This document shows, in pieces, positions 44,901 to 59,900 of a stretch of 64,000 bases of DNA. This DNA is from the human T2T-CHM13v2.0 reference genome, Homo sapiens. The number at the start of each line of letters is the position of its first letter. The stretch's first letter is position 1. The notes under the pieces were generated by a model. It was not told the DNA's origin, ran no database searches, and was given only the letters and a program-made list of their open reading frames with translations. The stretch lies in assembly GCF_009914755.1 (NCBI RefSeq), contig NC_060925.1; one strand, written 5' to 3'. Both the position numbers and the translations under genes were made by a program.

Positions 44901-47900
44901 CGAACGGACCCGAATGGAATCATCTAATGGAATGGAATGGAATAATCCATGGACTCGAATGCAATCATCATCGAATGGAATGGAATGGAATCATCGAATG
45001 GACTCGAATGGAATAATCATTGAACGGAATCGAATGGAATCATCATCGGATGGAAACGAATGGAATCATCATCGAATGGAAATGAAAGGAGTCATCATCT
45101 AATGGAATTGCATGGAATCATCATAAAATGGAATCGAATGGAATCAACATCAAATGGAATCAAATGGAATCATTGAACGGAATTGAATGGAATCGTCATC
45201 GAATGAATTGACTGCAATCATCGAATGGTCTCGAATGGAATCATCTTCAAATGGAATGGAATGGAATCATCGCATAGAATCGAATGGAATTATCATCGAA
45301 TGGAATCGAATGGAATCAACATCCAACGGAAAAAAACGGAATTATCGAATGGAATCGAAGAGAATCATCGAATGGACCCGAATGGAATCATCTAATGGAA
45401 TGGAATGGAATAATCCATGGACTCGAATGCAATCATCATCGAATGGAATCGAATGGAATCATCGAATGGACTCGAATGGAATAATCATTGAACGGAATCG
45501 AATGGAATCATCATCGGATGGAAATGAATGGAATCATCATCGAATGGAATCGAATAGAATTATGGAATGAAATCCAGTGTGATCATCATCGAATGGACCC
45601 GAATGGAATCATCATCCAACGGAAGCTAATGGAATCAACATCGAATGAATCGAATGGAAACACCATCGAATTGAAACGAATGGAATTATCATGAAATTGA
45701 AATGGATGGACTCATCATCGAATGGATTCGAATGGAATCATCGAATAAAATTGATTGAAATCATCATCCAATGGAATCGAATGGTATCATTGAATGGAAT
45801 CGAATGGAGTCATCATCAGATGGAAATGAATGGAATCGTCATAGAATGGAATCGAATGGATTCATTGAATGGAATCAGATGGAATCATCGAATGGACTGG
45901 AATGGAATCATTGAATGGACTCGAAAGGGATCATTATTGAATGGAATTGAATGGAATCATCGAATGGTCTCGATTGGAATCATTATCAAATGGAATCGAA
46001 TGGAATCACCGAATAGAATCGAATGGAACAATCATCGAATGGACTCAAATGGAATTATCCTCCAATGGAATCGAATGGAATTATTGAATGCAATCGAATG
46101 GAATTATCGAATGCAATCGAATAGAATCATCGAATGGACTCGAATGGAATCATCGAATGGAATGGAATGGAACAGTCAATGAACTCGAATGGAATCATCA
46201 TTGAATGGAATCGAATGGAATCATCGAGTGGAATCGAATGGAATTATGATCAAATGGAATCGAATGTAATCATCATCAAATGGAATCAAAAATAACCATC
46301 ATCAATTGGTATTGAATGGAATTGTCATCAAATGGAATTCAAAGGAATCATCATCAAATGGAACCGAATGGAATCCTCATTGAATGGAAATGAAAGGGGT
46401 CATCATCTAACGGAATCGCATGGAATCATCATCAAATGGAATCTAATGGAATCATTGAACAGAATTGAATGGAATCGTCATCGAATGAATTGAATGCAAT
46501 CATCGAATGGTCTCGAATGGAATCATCTTCTAATGGAAAGGAATGGAATCATCGCATAGAATCGAATGGAATTATCATCGAATGGAATCGAATGGTATCA
46601 ACACCAAACGGAAAAAAACGGAATTATCGAATGGAATCGAAGAGAATCTTCGAACGGACCCGAATGGAATCATCTAATGGAATGGAATGGAATAATCCAT
46701 GGACTCGAATGCAATCATCATCGAATGGAATGGAATGGAATCATCGAATGGACTCGAATGGAATAATCATTGAACGGAATCGAATGGAATCATCATCGGA
46801 TGGAAACGAATGGAATCATCATCGAATGGAAATGAAAGGAGTCATCATCTAATGGAATTGCATGGAATCATCATAAAATGGAATCGAATGGAATCAACAT
46901 CAAATGGAATCAAATGGAATCATTGAACGGAATTGAATGGAATCGTCATCGAATGAATTGACTGCAATCATCGAATGGTCTCGAATGGAATCATCTTCAA
47001 ATGGAATGGAATGGAATCATCGCATAGAATCGAATGGAATTATCATCGAATGGAATCGAATGGAATCAACATCCAACGGAAAAAAACGGAATTATCGAAT
47101 GGAATCGAAGAGAATCATCGAATGGACCCGAATGGAATCATCTAATGGAATGGAATGGAATAATCCATGGACTCGAATGCAATCATCATCGAATGGAATC
47201 GAATGGAATCATCGAATGGACTCGAATGGAATAATCATTGAACGGAATCGAATGGAATCATCATCGGATGGAAATGAATGGAATCATCATCGAATGGAAT
47301 CGAATAGAATTATGGAATGAAATCCAGTGTGATCATCATCGAATGGACCCGAATGGAATCATCATCCAACGGAAGCTAATGGAATCAACATCGAATGAAT
47401 CGAATGGAAACACCATCGAATTGAAACGAATGGAATTATCATGAAATTGAAATGGATGGACTCATCATCGAATGGATTCGAATGGAATCATCGAATAAAA
47501 TTGATTGAAATCATCATCCAATGGAATCGAATGGTATCATTGAATGGAATCGAATGGAGTCATCATCAGATGGAAATGAATGGAATCGTCATAGAATGGA
47601 ATCGAATGGATTCATTGAATGGAATCAGATGGAATCATCGAATGGACTGGAATGGAATCATTGAATGGACTCGAAAGGGATCATTATTGAATGGAATTGA
47701 ATGGAATCATCGAATGGTCTCGATTGGAATCATTATCAAATGGAATCGAATGGAATCACCGAATAGAATCGAATGGAACAATCATCGAATGGACTCAAAT
47801 GGAATTATCCTCCAATGGAATCGAATGGAATTATCGAATGCAATCGAATGGAATTATCGAATGCAATCGAATAGAATCATCGAATGGACTCGAATGGAAT

Positions 47901-50900
47901 CATCGAATGGAATGGAATGGAACAGTCAATGAACTCGAATGGAATCATCATTGAATGGAATCGAATGGAATCATCGAGTGGAATCGAATGGAATTATGAT
48001 CAAATGGAATCGAATGTAATCATCATCAAATGGAATCAAAAATAACCATCATCAATTGGTATTGAATGGAATTGTCATCAAATGGAATTCAAAGGAATCA
48101 TCATCAAATGGAACCGAATGGAATCCTCATTGAATGGAAATGAAAGGGGTCATCATCTAACGGAATCGCATGGAATCATCATCAAATGGAATCTAATGGA
48201 ATCATTGAACAGAATTGAATGGAATCGTCATCGAATGAATTGAATGCAATCATCGAATGGTCTCGAATGGAATCATCTTCTAATGGAAAGGAATGGAATC
48301 ATCGCATAGAATCGAATGGAATTATCATCGAATGGAATCGAATGGTATCAACACCAAACGGAAAAAAACGGAATTATCGAATGGAATCGAAGAGAATCTT
48401 CGAACGGACCCGAATGGAATCATCTAATGGAATGGAATGGAATAATCCATGGACTCGAATGCAATCATCATCGAATGGAATGGAATGGAATCAGCGAATG
48501 GACTCGAATGGAATAATCATTGAACGGAATCGAATGGAATCATCATCGGATGGAAACGAATGGAATCATCATCGAATGGAAATGAAAGGAGTCATCATCT
48601 AATGGAATTGCATGGAATCATCATAAAATGGAATCGAATGGAATCAACATCAAATGGAATCAAATGGAATCATTGAACGGAATTGAATGGAATCGTCATC
48701 GAATGAATTGACTGCAATCATCGAATGGTCTCGAATGGAATCATCTTCAAATGGAATGGAATGGAATCATCGCATAGAATCGAATGGAATTATCATCGAA
48801 TGGAATCGAATGGAATCAACATCAAACGGAAAAAAACGGAATTATCGAATGGAATCGAAGAGAATCATCGAATGGACCCGAATGGAATCATCTAATGGAA
48901 TGGAATGGAATAATCCATGGACTCGAATGCAATCATCATCGAATGGAATCGAATGGAATCATCGAATGGACTCGAATGGAATAATCATTGAACGGAATCG
49001 AATGGAATCATCATCGGATGGAAATGAATGGAATCATCATCGAATGGAATCGAATAGAATTATGGAATGAAATCCAGTGTGATCATCATCGAATGGACCC
49101 GAATGGAATCATCATCCAACGGAAGCTAATGGAATCAACATCGAATGAATCGAATGGAAACACCATCGAATTGAAACGAATGGAATTATCATGAAATTGA
49201 AATGGATGGACTCATCATCGAATGGATTCGAATGGAATCATCGAATAAAATTGATTGAAATCATCATCGAATGGAATCGAATGGTATCATTGAATGGAAT
49301 CGAATGGAATCATCATCAGATGGAAATGAATGGAATCGTCATAGAATGGAATCGAATGGATTCATTGAATGGAATCAGATGGAATCATCGAATGGACTGG
49401 AATGGAATCATTGAATGGACTCGAAAGGGATCATGATTGAATGGAATTGAATGGAATCATCGAATGGTCTCGATTGGAATCATTATCAAATGGAATCGAA
49501 TGGAATCACCGAATAGAATCGAATGGAACAATCATCGAATGGACTCAAATGGAATTATCCTCAAATGGAATCGAATGGAATTATCGAATGCAATCGAATG
49601 GAATTATCGAATGCAATCGAATAGAATCATCGAAAGGACTCGAATGGAATCATCGAATGGAATGGAATGGAACAGTCAATGAACTCGAATGGAATCATCA
49701 TTGAATGGAATCGAATGGAATCATCGAGTGGAATCGAATGGAATTATGATCAAATGGAATCGAATGTAATCATCATCAAATGGAATCAAAAATAACCATC
49801 ATCAATTGGTATTGAATGGAATTGTCATCAAATGGAATTCAAAGGAATCATCATCAAATGGAACCGAATGGAATCCTCATTGAATGGAAATGAAAGGGGT
49901 CATCATCTAATGGAATCGCATGGAATCATCATCAAATGGAATCGAATGGAATCATCATCAAATGGAATCTAATGGAATCATTGAACAGAATTGAATGGAA
50001 TCGTCATGGAATGAATTGAATGCAATCATCGAATGGTCTCGAATGGAATCATCTTCTAATGGAAAGGAATGGAATCATCGCATAGAATCGAATGGAATTA
50101 TCATCGAATGGAATCGAATGGTATCAACACCAAACGGAAAAAAACGGAATTATCGAATGGAATCGAAGAGAATCTTCGAACGGACCCGAATGGAATCATC
50201 TAATGGAATGGAATGGAATAATCCATGGACTCGAATGCAATCATCATCGAATGGAATGGAATGGAATGGAATCATCGAATGGACTCGAATGGAATAATCA
50301 TTGAACGGAATCGAATGGAATCATCATCGGATGGAAACGAATGGAATCATCATCGAATGGAAATGAAAGGAGTCATCATCTAATGGAATTGCATGGAATC
50401 ATCATAAAATGGAATCGAATGGAATCAACATCAAATGGAATCAAATGGAATCATTGAACGGAATTGAATGGAATCGTCATCGAATGAATTGACTGCAATC
50501 ATCGAATGGTCTCGAATGGAATCATCTTCAAATGGAATGGAATGGAATCATCGCATAGAATCGAATGGAATTATCATCGAATGGAATCGAATGGAATCAA
50601 CATCAAACGGAAAAAAACGGAATTATCGAATGGAATCGAAGAGAATCATCGAATGGACCCGAATGGAATCATCTAATGGAATGGAATGGAATAATCCATG
50701 GACTCGAATGCAATCATCATCGAATGGAATCGAATGGAATCATCGAATGGACTCGAATGGAATAATCATTGAACGGAAACGAATGGAATCATCATCGGAT
50801 GGAAATGAATGGAATCATCATCGAATGGAATCGAATAGAATTATGGAATGAAATCCAGTGTGATCATCATCGAATGGACCCGAATGGAATCATCATCCAA

Positions 50901-53900
50901 CGGAAGCTAATGGAATCAACATCGAATGAATCGAATGGAAACACCATCGAATTGAAACGAATGGAATTATCATGAAATTGAAATGGATGGACTCATCATC
51001 GAATGGATTCGAATGGAATCATCGAATAAAATTGATTGAAATCATCATCCAATGGAATCGAATGGTATCATTGAATGGAATCGAATGGAATCATCATCAG
51101 ATGGAAATGAATGGAATCGTCATAGAATGGAATCGAGTGGATTCATTGAATGGAATCAGATGGAATCATCGAATGGACTGGAATGGAATCATTGAATGGA
51201 CTCGAAAGGGATCATGATTGAATGGAATTGAATGGAATCATCGAATGGTCTCGATTGGAATCATTATCAAATGGAATCGAATGGAATCACCGAATAGAAT
51301 CGAATGGAACAATCATCGAATGGACTCAAATGGAATTATCCTCAAATGGAATCGAATGGAATTATCGAATGCAATCGAATGGAATTATCGAATGCAATCG
51401 AATAGAATCATCGAAAGGACTCGAATGGAATCATCGAATGGAATGGAATGGAACAGTCAATGAACTCGAATGGAATCATCATTGAATGGAATCCAATGGA
51501 ATCATCGAGTGGAATCGAATGGAATTATGATCAAATGGAATCTAATGTAATCATCATCAAATGGAATCAAAAATAACCATCATCAATTGGTATTGAATGG
51601 AATTGTCATCAAATGGAATTCAAAGGAATCATCATCAAATGGAACCGAATGGAATCCTCATTGAATGGAAATGAAAGGGGTCATCATCTAATGGAATCGC
51701 ATGGAATCATCATCAAATGGAATCGAATGGAATCATCATCAAATGGAATCTAATGGAATCATTGAACAGAATTGAATGGAATCGTCATCGAATGAATTGA
51801 ATGCAATCATCGAATGGTCTCGAATGGAATCATCTTCTAACGGAAAGGAATGGAATCATCGCATAGAATCGAATGGAATTATCATCGAATGGAATCGAAT
51901 GGTATCAACACCAAACGGAAAAAAACGGAATTATCGAATGGAATCGAAGAGAATCTTCGAACGGACCCGAATGGAATCATCTAATGGAATGGAATGGAAT
52001 AATCCATGGACTCGAATGCAATCATCATCGAATGGAATGGAATGGAATCATCGAATGGACTCGAATGGAATAATCATTGAACGGAATCGAATGGAATCAT
52101 CATCGGATGGAAACGAATGGAATCATCATCGAATGGAAATGAAAGGAGTCATCATCTAATGGAATTGCATGGAATCATCATCAAATGGAATCGAATGGAA
52201 TCAACATCAAATGGAATCAAATGGAATCATTGAACGGAATTGAATGGAATCGTCATCGAATGAATTGACTGCAATCATCGAATGGTCTCGAATGGAATCA
52301 TCTTCAAATGGAATGGAATGGAATCATCGCATAGAATCGAATGGAATTATCATCGAATGGAATCGAATGGAATCAACAGCAAACGGAATAAAACGGAATT
52401 ATCGAATGGAATCGAAGAGAATCATCGAATGGACCCGAATGGAATCATCTAATGGAATGGAATGGAATAATCCATGGACTCGAATGCAATCATCATCGAA
52501 TGGAATCGAATGGAATCATCCAATGGACTCGAATGGAATAATCATTGAACGGAATCGAATGGAATCATCATCGGATGGAAATGAATGGAATCATCATCGA
52601 ATGGAATCGAATAGAATTATGGAATGAAATCCAGTGTGATCATCATCGAATGGACCCGAATGGAATCATCATCCAACGGAAGCTAATGGAATCAACATCG
52701 AATGAATCGAATGGAAACACCATCGAATTGAAACGAATGGAATTATCATGAAATTGAAATGGATGGACTCATCATCGAATGGATTCGAATGGAATCATCG
52801 AATAAAATTGATTGAAATCATCATCCAATGGAATCGAATGGTATCATTGAATGGAATCGAATGGAATCATCATCAGATGGAAATGAATGGAATCGTCATA
52901 GAATGGAATCGAATGGATTCATTGAATGGAATCAGATGGAATCATCGAATGGACTGGAATGGAATCATTGAATGGACTCGAAAGGGATCATGATTGAATG
53001 GAATTGAATGGAATCATCGAATGGTCTCGATTGGAATCATTATCAAATGGAATCGAATGGAATCACCGAATAGAATCGAATGGAACAATCATCGAATGGA
53101 CTCAAATGGAATTATCCTCCAATGGAATCGAATGGAATTATCGAATGCAATCGAATGGAATTATCGAATGCAATCGAATAGAATCATCGAATGGACTCGA
53201 ATGGAATCATCGAATGGAATGGAATGGAACAGTCAATGAACTCGAATGGAATCATCATTGAATGGAATTGAATGGAATCATCGAGTGGAATCGAATGGAA
53301 TTATGATCAAATGGAATTGAATGTAATCCTCATCAAATGGAATCAAAAATAACCATCATCAATTGGTATTGAATGGAATTGTCATCAAATGCAATTCAAA
53401 GGAATCATCATCAAATGGAACCGAATGGAATCCTCATTGAATGGAAATGAAAGGGGTCATCATCTAATGGAATCGCATGGAATCATCATCAAATGGAATC
53501 GAATGGAATCATCATCAAATGGAATCTAATGGAATCATTGAACAGAATTGAATGGAATCGTCATCGAATGAATTGAATGCAATCATCGAATGGTCTCGAA
53601 TGGAATCATCTTCTAATGGAAAGGAATGGAATCATCGCATAGAATCGAATGGAATTATCATCGAATGGAATCGAATGGTATCAACACCAAACGGAAAAAA
53701 ACGGAATTATCGAATGGAATCGAAGAGAATCTTCGAACGGACCCGAATGGAATCATCTAATGGAATGGAATGGAATAATCCATGGACTCGAATGCAATCA
53801 TCATCGAATGGAATGGAATGGAATCATCGAATGGACTCGAATGGAATAATCATTGAACGGAATCGAATGGAATCATCATCGGATGGAAACGAATGGAATC

Positions 53901-56900
53901 ATCATCGAATGGAAATGAAAGGAGTCATCATCTAATGGAATTGCATGGAATCATCATAAAATGGAATCGAATGGAATCAACATCAAAAGGAATCAAATGG
54001 AATCATTGAACGGAATTGAATGGAATCGTCATCGAATGAATTGACTGCCATCATCGAATGGTCTCGAATGGAATCATCTTCAAATGGAATGGAATGGAAT
54101 CATCGCATAGAATCGAATGGAATTATCATCGAATGGAATCGAATGGAATCAACATCAAACGGAAAAAAACGGAATTATCGAATGGAATCGAAGAGAATCA
54201 TCGAATGGACCCGAATGGAATCATCTAATGGAATGGAATGGAATAATCCATGGACTCGAATGCAATCATCATCGAATGGAATCGAATGGAATCATCGAAT
54301 GGACTCGAATGGAATAATCATTGAACGGAATCGAATGGAATCATCATCGGATGGAAATGAATGGAATCATCATCGAATGGAATCGAATAGAATTATGGAA
54401 TGAAATCCAGTGTGATCATCATCGAATGTATCCGAATGGAATCATCATCCAACGGAAACTAATGGAATCAACATCGAATGAATCGAATGGAAACACCATC
54501 GAATTGAAACGAATGGAATTATCATGAAATTGAAATGGATGGACTCATCATGGAATGGGTTCGAATAGAATCATCGAATAAAATTGATTGAAATCATCAT
54601 CCAATGGAATCGAATGGTATCATTGAATGGAATCGAATGGAATCATCATCAGATGGAAATGAATGGAATCGTCATAGAATGGAATCGAATGGATTCATTG
54701 AATGGAATCAGATGGAATCATCGAATGGACTGAAATGGAATCATTGAATGGACTCGAAAGGGATCATGATTGAATGGAATTGAATGGAATCATCGAATGG
54801 TCTCGATTGGAATCATTATCAAATGGAATGGAATGGAATCACCGAATAGAATCGAATGGAACAATCATCGAATGGACTCAAATGGAATTATCCTCAAATG
54901 GAATCGAATGGAATTATCGAATGCAATCGAATGGAATTATCGAATGCAATCGAATAGAATCATCGAATGGACTCGAATGGAATCATCGAATGGAATGGAA
55001 TGGAACAGTCAATGAACTCGAATGGAATCATCATTGAATGGAATCGAATGGAATCATCGAGTGGAATCGAATGGAATTATGATCAAATGGAATCGAATGT
55101 AATCATCATCAAATGGAATCAAAAATAACCATCATCAATTGGTATTGAATGGAATTGTCATCAAATGGAATTCAAAGGAATCATCATCAAATGGAACCGA
55201 ATGGAATCCTCATTGAATGGAAATGAAAGGGGTCATCATCTAATGGAATCGCATGGAATCATCATCAAATGGAATCGAATGGAATCATCATCAAATGGAA
55301 TCTAATGGAATCATTGAACAGAATTGAATGGAATCGTCATCGAATGAATTGAATGCAATCATCGAATGGTCTCGAATGGAATCATCTTCTAATGGAAAGG
55401 AATGGAATCATCGCATAGAATCGAATGGAATTATCATCGAATGGAATCGAATGGTATCAACACCAAACGGAAAAAAACGGAATTATCGAATGGAATCGAA
55501 GAGAATCTTCGAACGGACCCGAATGGAATCATCTAATGGAATGGAATGGAATAATCCATGGACTCGAATGCAATCATCATCGAATGGAATCGAATGGAAT
55601 CATCGAATGGACTCGAATGGAATAATCATTGAACGGAATCAAATGGAATCATCATCGGATGGAAATGAATGGAATCATCATCGAATGGAATCGAATAGAA
55701 TTATGGAATGAAATCCAGTGTGATCATCATCGAATGGACCCGAATGGAATCATCATCCAACGGAAGCTAATGGAATCAACATCGAATGAATCGAATGGAA
55801 ACACCATCGAATTGAAACGAATGGAATTATCATGAAATTGAAATGGATGGACTCATCATCGAATGGATTCGAATGGAATCATCGAATAAAATTGATTGAA
55901 ATCATCATCGAATGGAATCGAATGGTATCATTGAATGGAATCGAATGGAATCATCATCAGATGGAAATGAATGGAATCGTCATAGAATGGAATCGAATGG
56001 ATTCATTGAATGGAATCAGATGGAATCATCGAATGGACTGGAATGGAATCATTGAATGGACTCGAAAGGGATCATTATTGAATGGAATTGAATGGAATCA
56101 TCGAATGGTCTCGATTGGAATCATTATCAAATGGAATGGAATGGAATCACCGAATAGAATCGAATGGAACAATCATCGAATGGACTCAAATGGAATTATC
56201 CTCCAATGGAATCGAATGGAATTATCGAATGCAATCGAATGGAATTATCGAATGCAATCGAATAGAATCATCGAATGGACTCGAATGGAATCATCGAATG
56301 GAATGGAATGGAACAGTCAATGAACTCGAAAGGAATCATCATTGAATGGAATCGAATGGAATCATCGAGTGGAATCGAATGGAATTATGATCAAATGGAA
56401 TCGAATGTAATCCTCATCAAATGGAATCAAAAATAACCATCATCAATTGGTATTGAATGGAATTGTCATCAAATGGAATTCAAAGGAATCATCATCAAAT
56501 GGAACCGAATGGAATCCTCATTGAATGGAAATGAAAGGGGTCATCATCAAATGGAATCGAATGGAATCATCATCAAATGGAATCTAATGGAATCATTGAA
56601 CAGAATTGAATGGAATCGTCATCGAATGAATTGAATGCAATCATCGAATGGTCTCGAATGGAATCATCTTCTAATGGAAAGGAATGGAATCATCGCATAG
56701 AATCGAACGGAATTATCATCGAATGGAATCGAATGGTATCAACACCAAACGGAAAAAAACGGAATTATCGAATGGAATCGAAGAGAATCTTCGAACGGAC
56801 CCGAATGGAATCATCTAATGGAATGGAATGGAATAATCCATGGACTTGAATGCAATCATCATCGAATGGAATCGAATGGAATCATCGAATGGACTCGAAT

Positions 56901-59900
56901 GGAATAATCATTGAACGGAATCGAATGGAATCATCATCGGATGGAAATGAATGGAATCATCATCGAATGGAATCGAATAGAATTATGGAATGAAATCCAG
57001 TGTGATCATCATCGAATGGACCCGAATGGAATCATCATCCAACGGAAGCTAATGGAATCAACATCGAATGAATCGAATGGAAACACCATCGAATTGAAAC
57101 GAATGGAATTATCATGAAATTGAAATGGATGGACTCATCATCGAATGGATTCGAATGGAATCATCGAATAAAATTGATTGAAATCATCATCAAATGGAAT
57201 CGAATGGTATCATTGAATGGAATCGAATGGAATCATCATCAGATGGAAATGAATGGAATCGTCATAGAATGGAATCGAATGGATTCATTGAATGGAATCA
57301 GATCGAATCATCAAATGGACTGGAATGGAAACATTGAATGGACTCGAAAGGGATCATTATTGAATGGAATTGAATGGAATCATCGAATGGTCTCGATTGG
57401 AATCATTACCAAATGGAATCGAATGGAATCACCGAATAGAATCGAATGGAACAATCATCGAATGGACTCAAAGGGAATTATCCTCAAATGGAATCGAATG
57501 GAATTATCGAATGCAATCGAATGGAATTATCGAATGCAATCGAATAGAATCATCGAATGGACTCGAATGGAATCATCGAATGGAATGGAATGGAACAGTC
57601 AATGAACTCGAATGGAATCATCATTGAATGGAATCGAATGGAATCATCGAGTGGAATCGAATGGAATTATGATCAAATGGAATCGAATGTAATCATCATC
57701 AAATGGAATCAAAAATAACCATCATCAATTGGTATTGAATGGAATTGTCATCAAATGGAATTCAAAGGAATCATCATCAAATGGAACCGAATGGAATCCT
57801 CATTGAATGGAAATGAAAGGGGTCATCATCTAATGGAATCGCATGGAATCATCATCAAATGGAATCGAATGGAATCATCATCAAATGGAATCTAATGGAA
57901 TCATTGAACAGAATTGAATGGAATCGTCATCGAATGAACTGAATGCAATCATCGAATGGTCTCGAATGGCATCATCTTCTAATGGAAAGGAATGGAATCA
58001 TCGCATAGAATCGAATGGAATTATCATCGAATGGAATCGAATGGTATCAACACCAAACGGAAAAAAACGGAATTATCGAATAGATTCGAAGAGAATCTTC
58101 GAACGGACCCGAATGGAATCATCTAATGGAATGGAATGGAATAATCCATGGACTCGAATGCAATCATCATCGAATGGAATCAAATGGAATCATCGAATGG
58201 ACTCGAATGGAATAATCATTGAACGGAATCGAATGGAATCATCATCGGATGGAAATGAATGGAATCATCATCGAATGGAAATGAAAGGAGTCATCATCTA
58301 ATGGAATTGCATGGAATCATCATAAAATGGAATCGAATGGAATCAACATCAAATGGAATCAAATGGAATCATTGAACGGAATTGAATGGAATCGTCATCG
58401 AATGTATTGACTGCAATCATCGAATGGTCTCGAATGGAATCATCTTCAAATGGAATGGAATGGAATCATCGCATAGAATCGAATGGAATTATCATCGAAT
58501 GGAATCGAATGGAATCAACATCAAACGGAAAAAAACGGAATTATCGAATGGAATCGAAGAGAATCATCGAATGGACCCGAATGGAATCATCTAATGGAAT
58601 GGAATGGAATAATCCATGGACTCGAATGCAATCATCATCGAATGGAATCGAATGGAATCATCGAATGGACTCGAATGGAATAATCATTGAACGGAATCGA
58701 ATGGAATCATCATCGGATGGAAATGAATGGAATCATCATCGAATGGAATCGAATAGAATTATGGAATGAAATCCAGTGTGATCATCATCGAATGGACCCG
58801 AATGGAATCATCATCCAACGGAAGCTAATGGAATCAACATCGAATGAATCGAATGGAAACACCATCGAATTGAAACGAATGGAATTATCATGAAATTGAA
58901 ATGGATGGACTCATCATCGAATGGATTCGAATGGAATCATCGAATAAAATTGATTGAAATCATCATCCAATGGAATCGAATGGTATCATTGAATGGAATC
59001 GAATGGAATCATCATCAGATGGAAATGAATGGAATCGTCATAGAATGGAATTGAATGGATTCATTGAATGGAATCAGAAGGAATCATCGAATGGACTGGA
59101 ATGGAATCATTGAATGGACTCGAAAGGGATCATTATTGAATGGAATTGAATGGAATCATCGAATGGTCTCGATTGGAATCATTATCAAATGGAATCGAAT
59201 GGAATCACCGAATAGAATCGAATGGAACAATCATCGAATGGACTCAAATGGAATTATCCTCCAATGGAATCGAATGGAATTATCGAATGCAATCGAATGG
59301 AATTATCGAATGCAATCGAATAGAATCATCGAATGGACTCGAATGGAATCATCGAATGGAATGGAATGGAACAGTCAATGAACTCGAATGGAATCATCAT
59401 TGAATGGAATCGAATGGAATCATCGAGTGGAATCGAATGGAATTATGATCAAATGGAATCGAATGTAATCATCATCAAATGGAATCAAAAATAACCATCA
59501 TCAATTGGTATTGAATGGAATTGTCATCAAATGGAATTCAAAGGAATCATCATCAAATGGAACCGAATGGAATCCTCATTGAATGGAAATGAAAGGGGTC
59601 ATCATCTAATGGAATCGCATGGAATCATCATCAAATGGAATCGAATGGAATCATCATCAAATGGAATCTAATGGAATCATTGAACAGAATTGAATGGAAT
59701 GGTCATCGAATGAATTGAATGCAATCATCGAATGGTCTCGAATGGAATCATCTTCTAATGGAAAGGAATGGAATCATCGCATAGAATCGAATGGAATTAT
59801 CATCGAATGGAATCGAATGGTATCAACACCAAACGGAAAAAAACGGAATTATCGAATGGAATCGAAGAGAATCTTCGAACGGACCCGAATGGAATCATCT

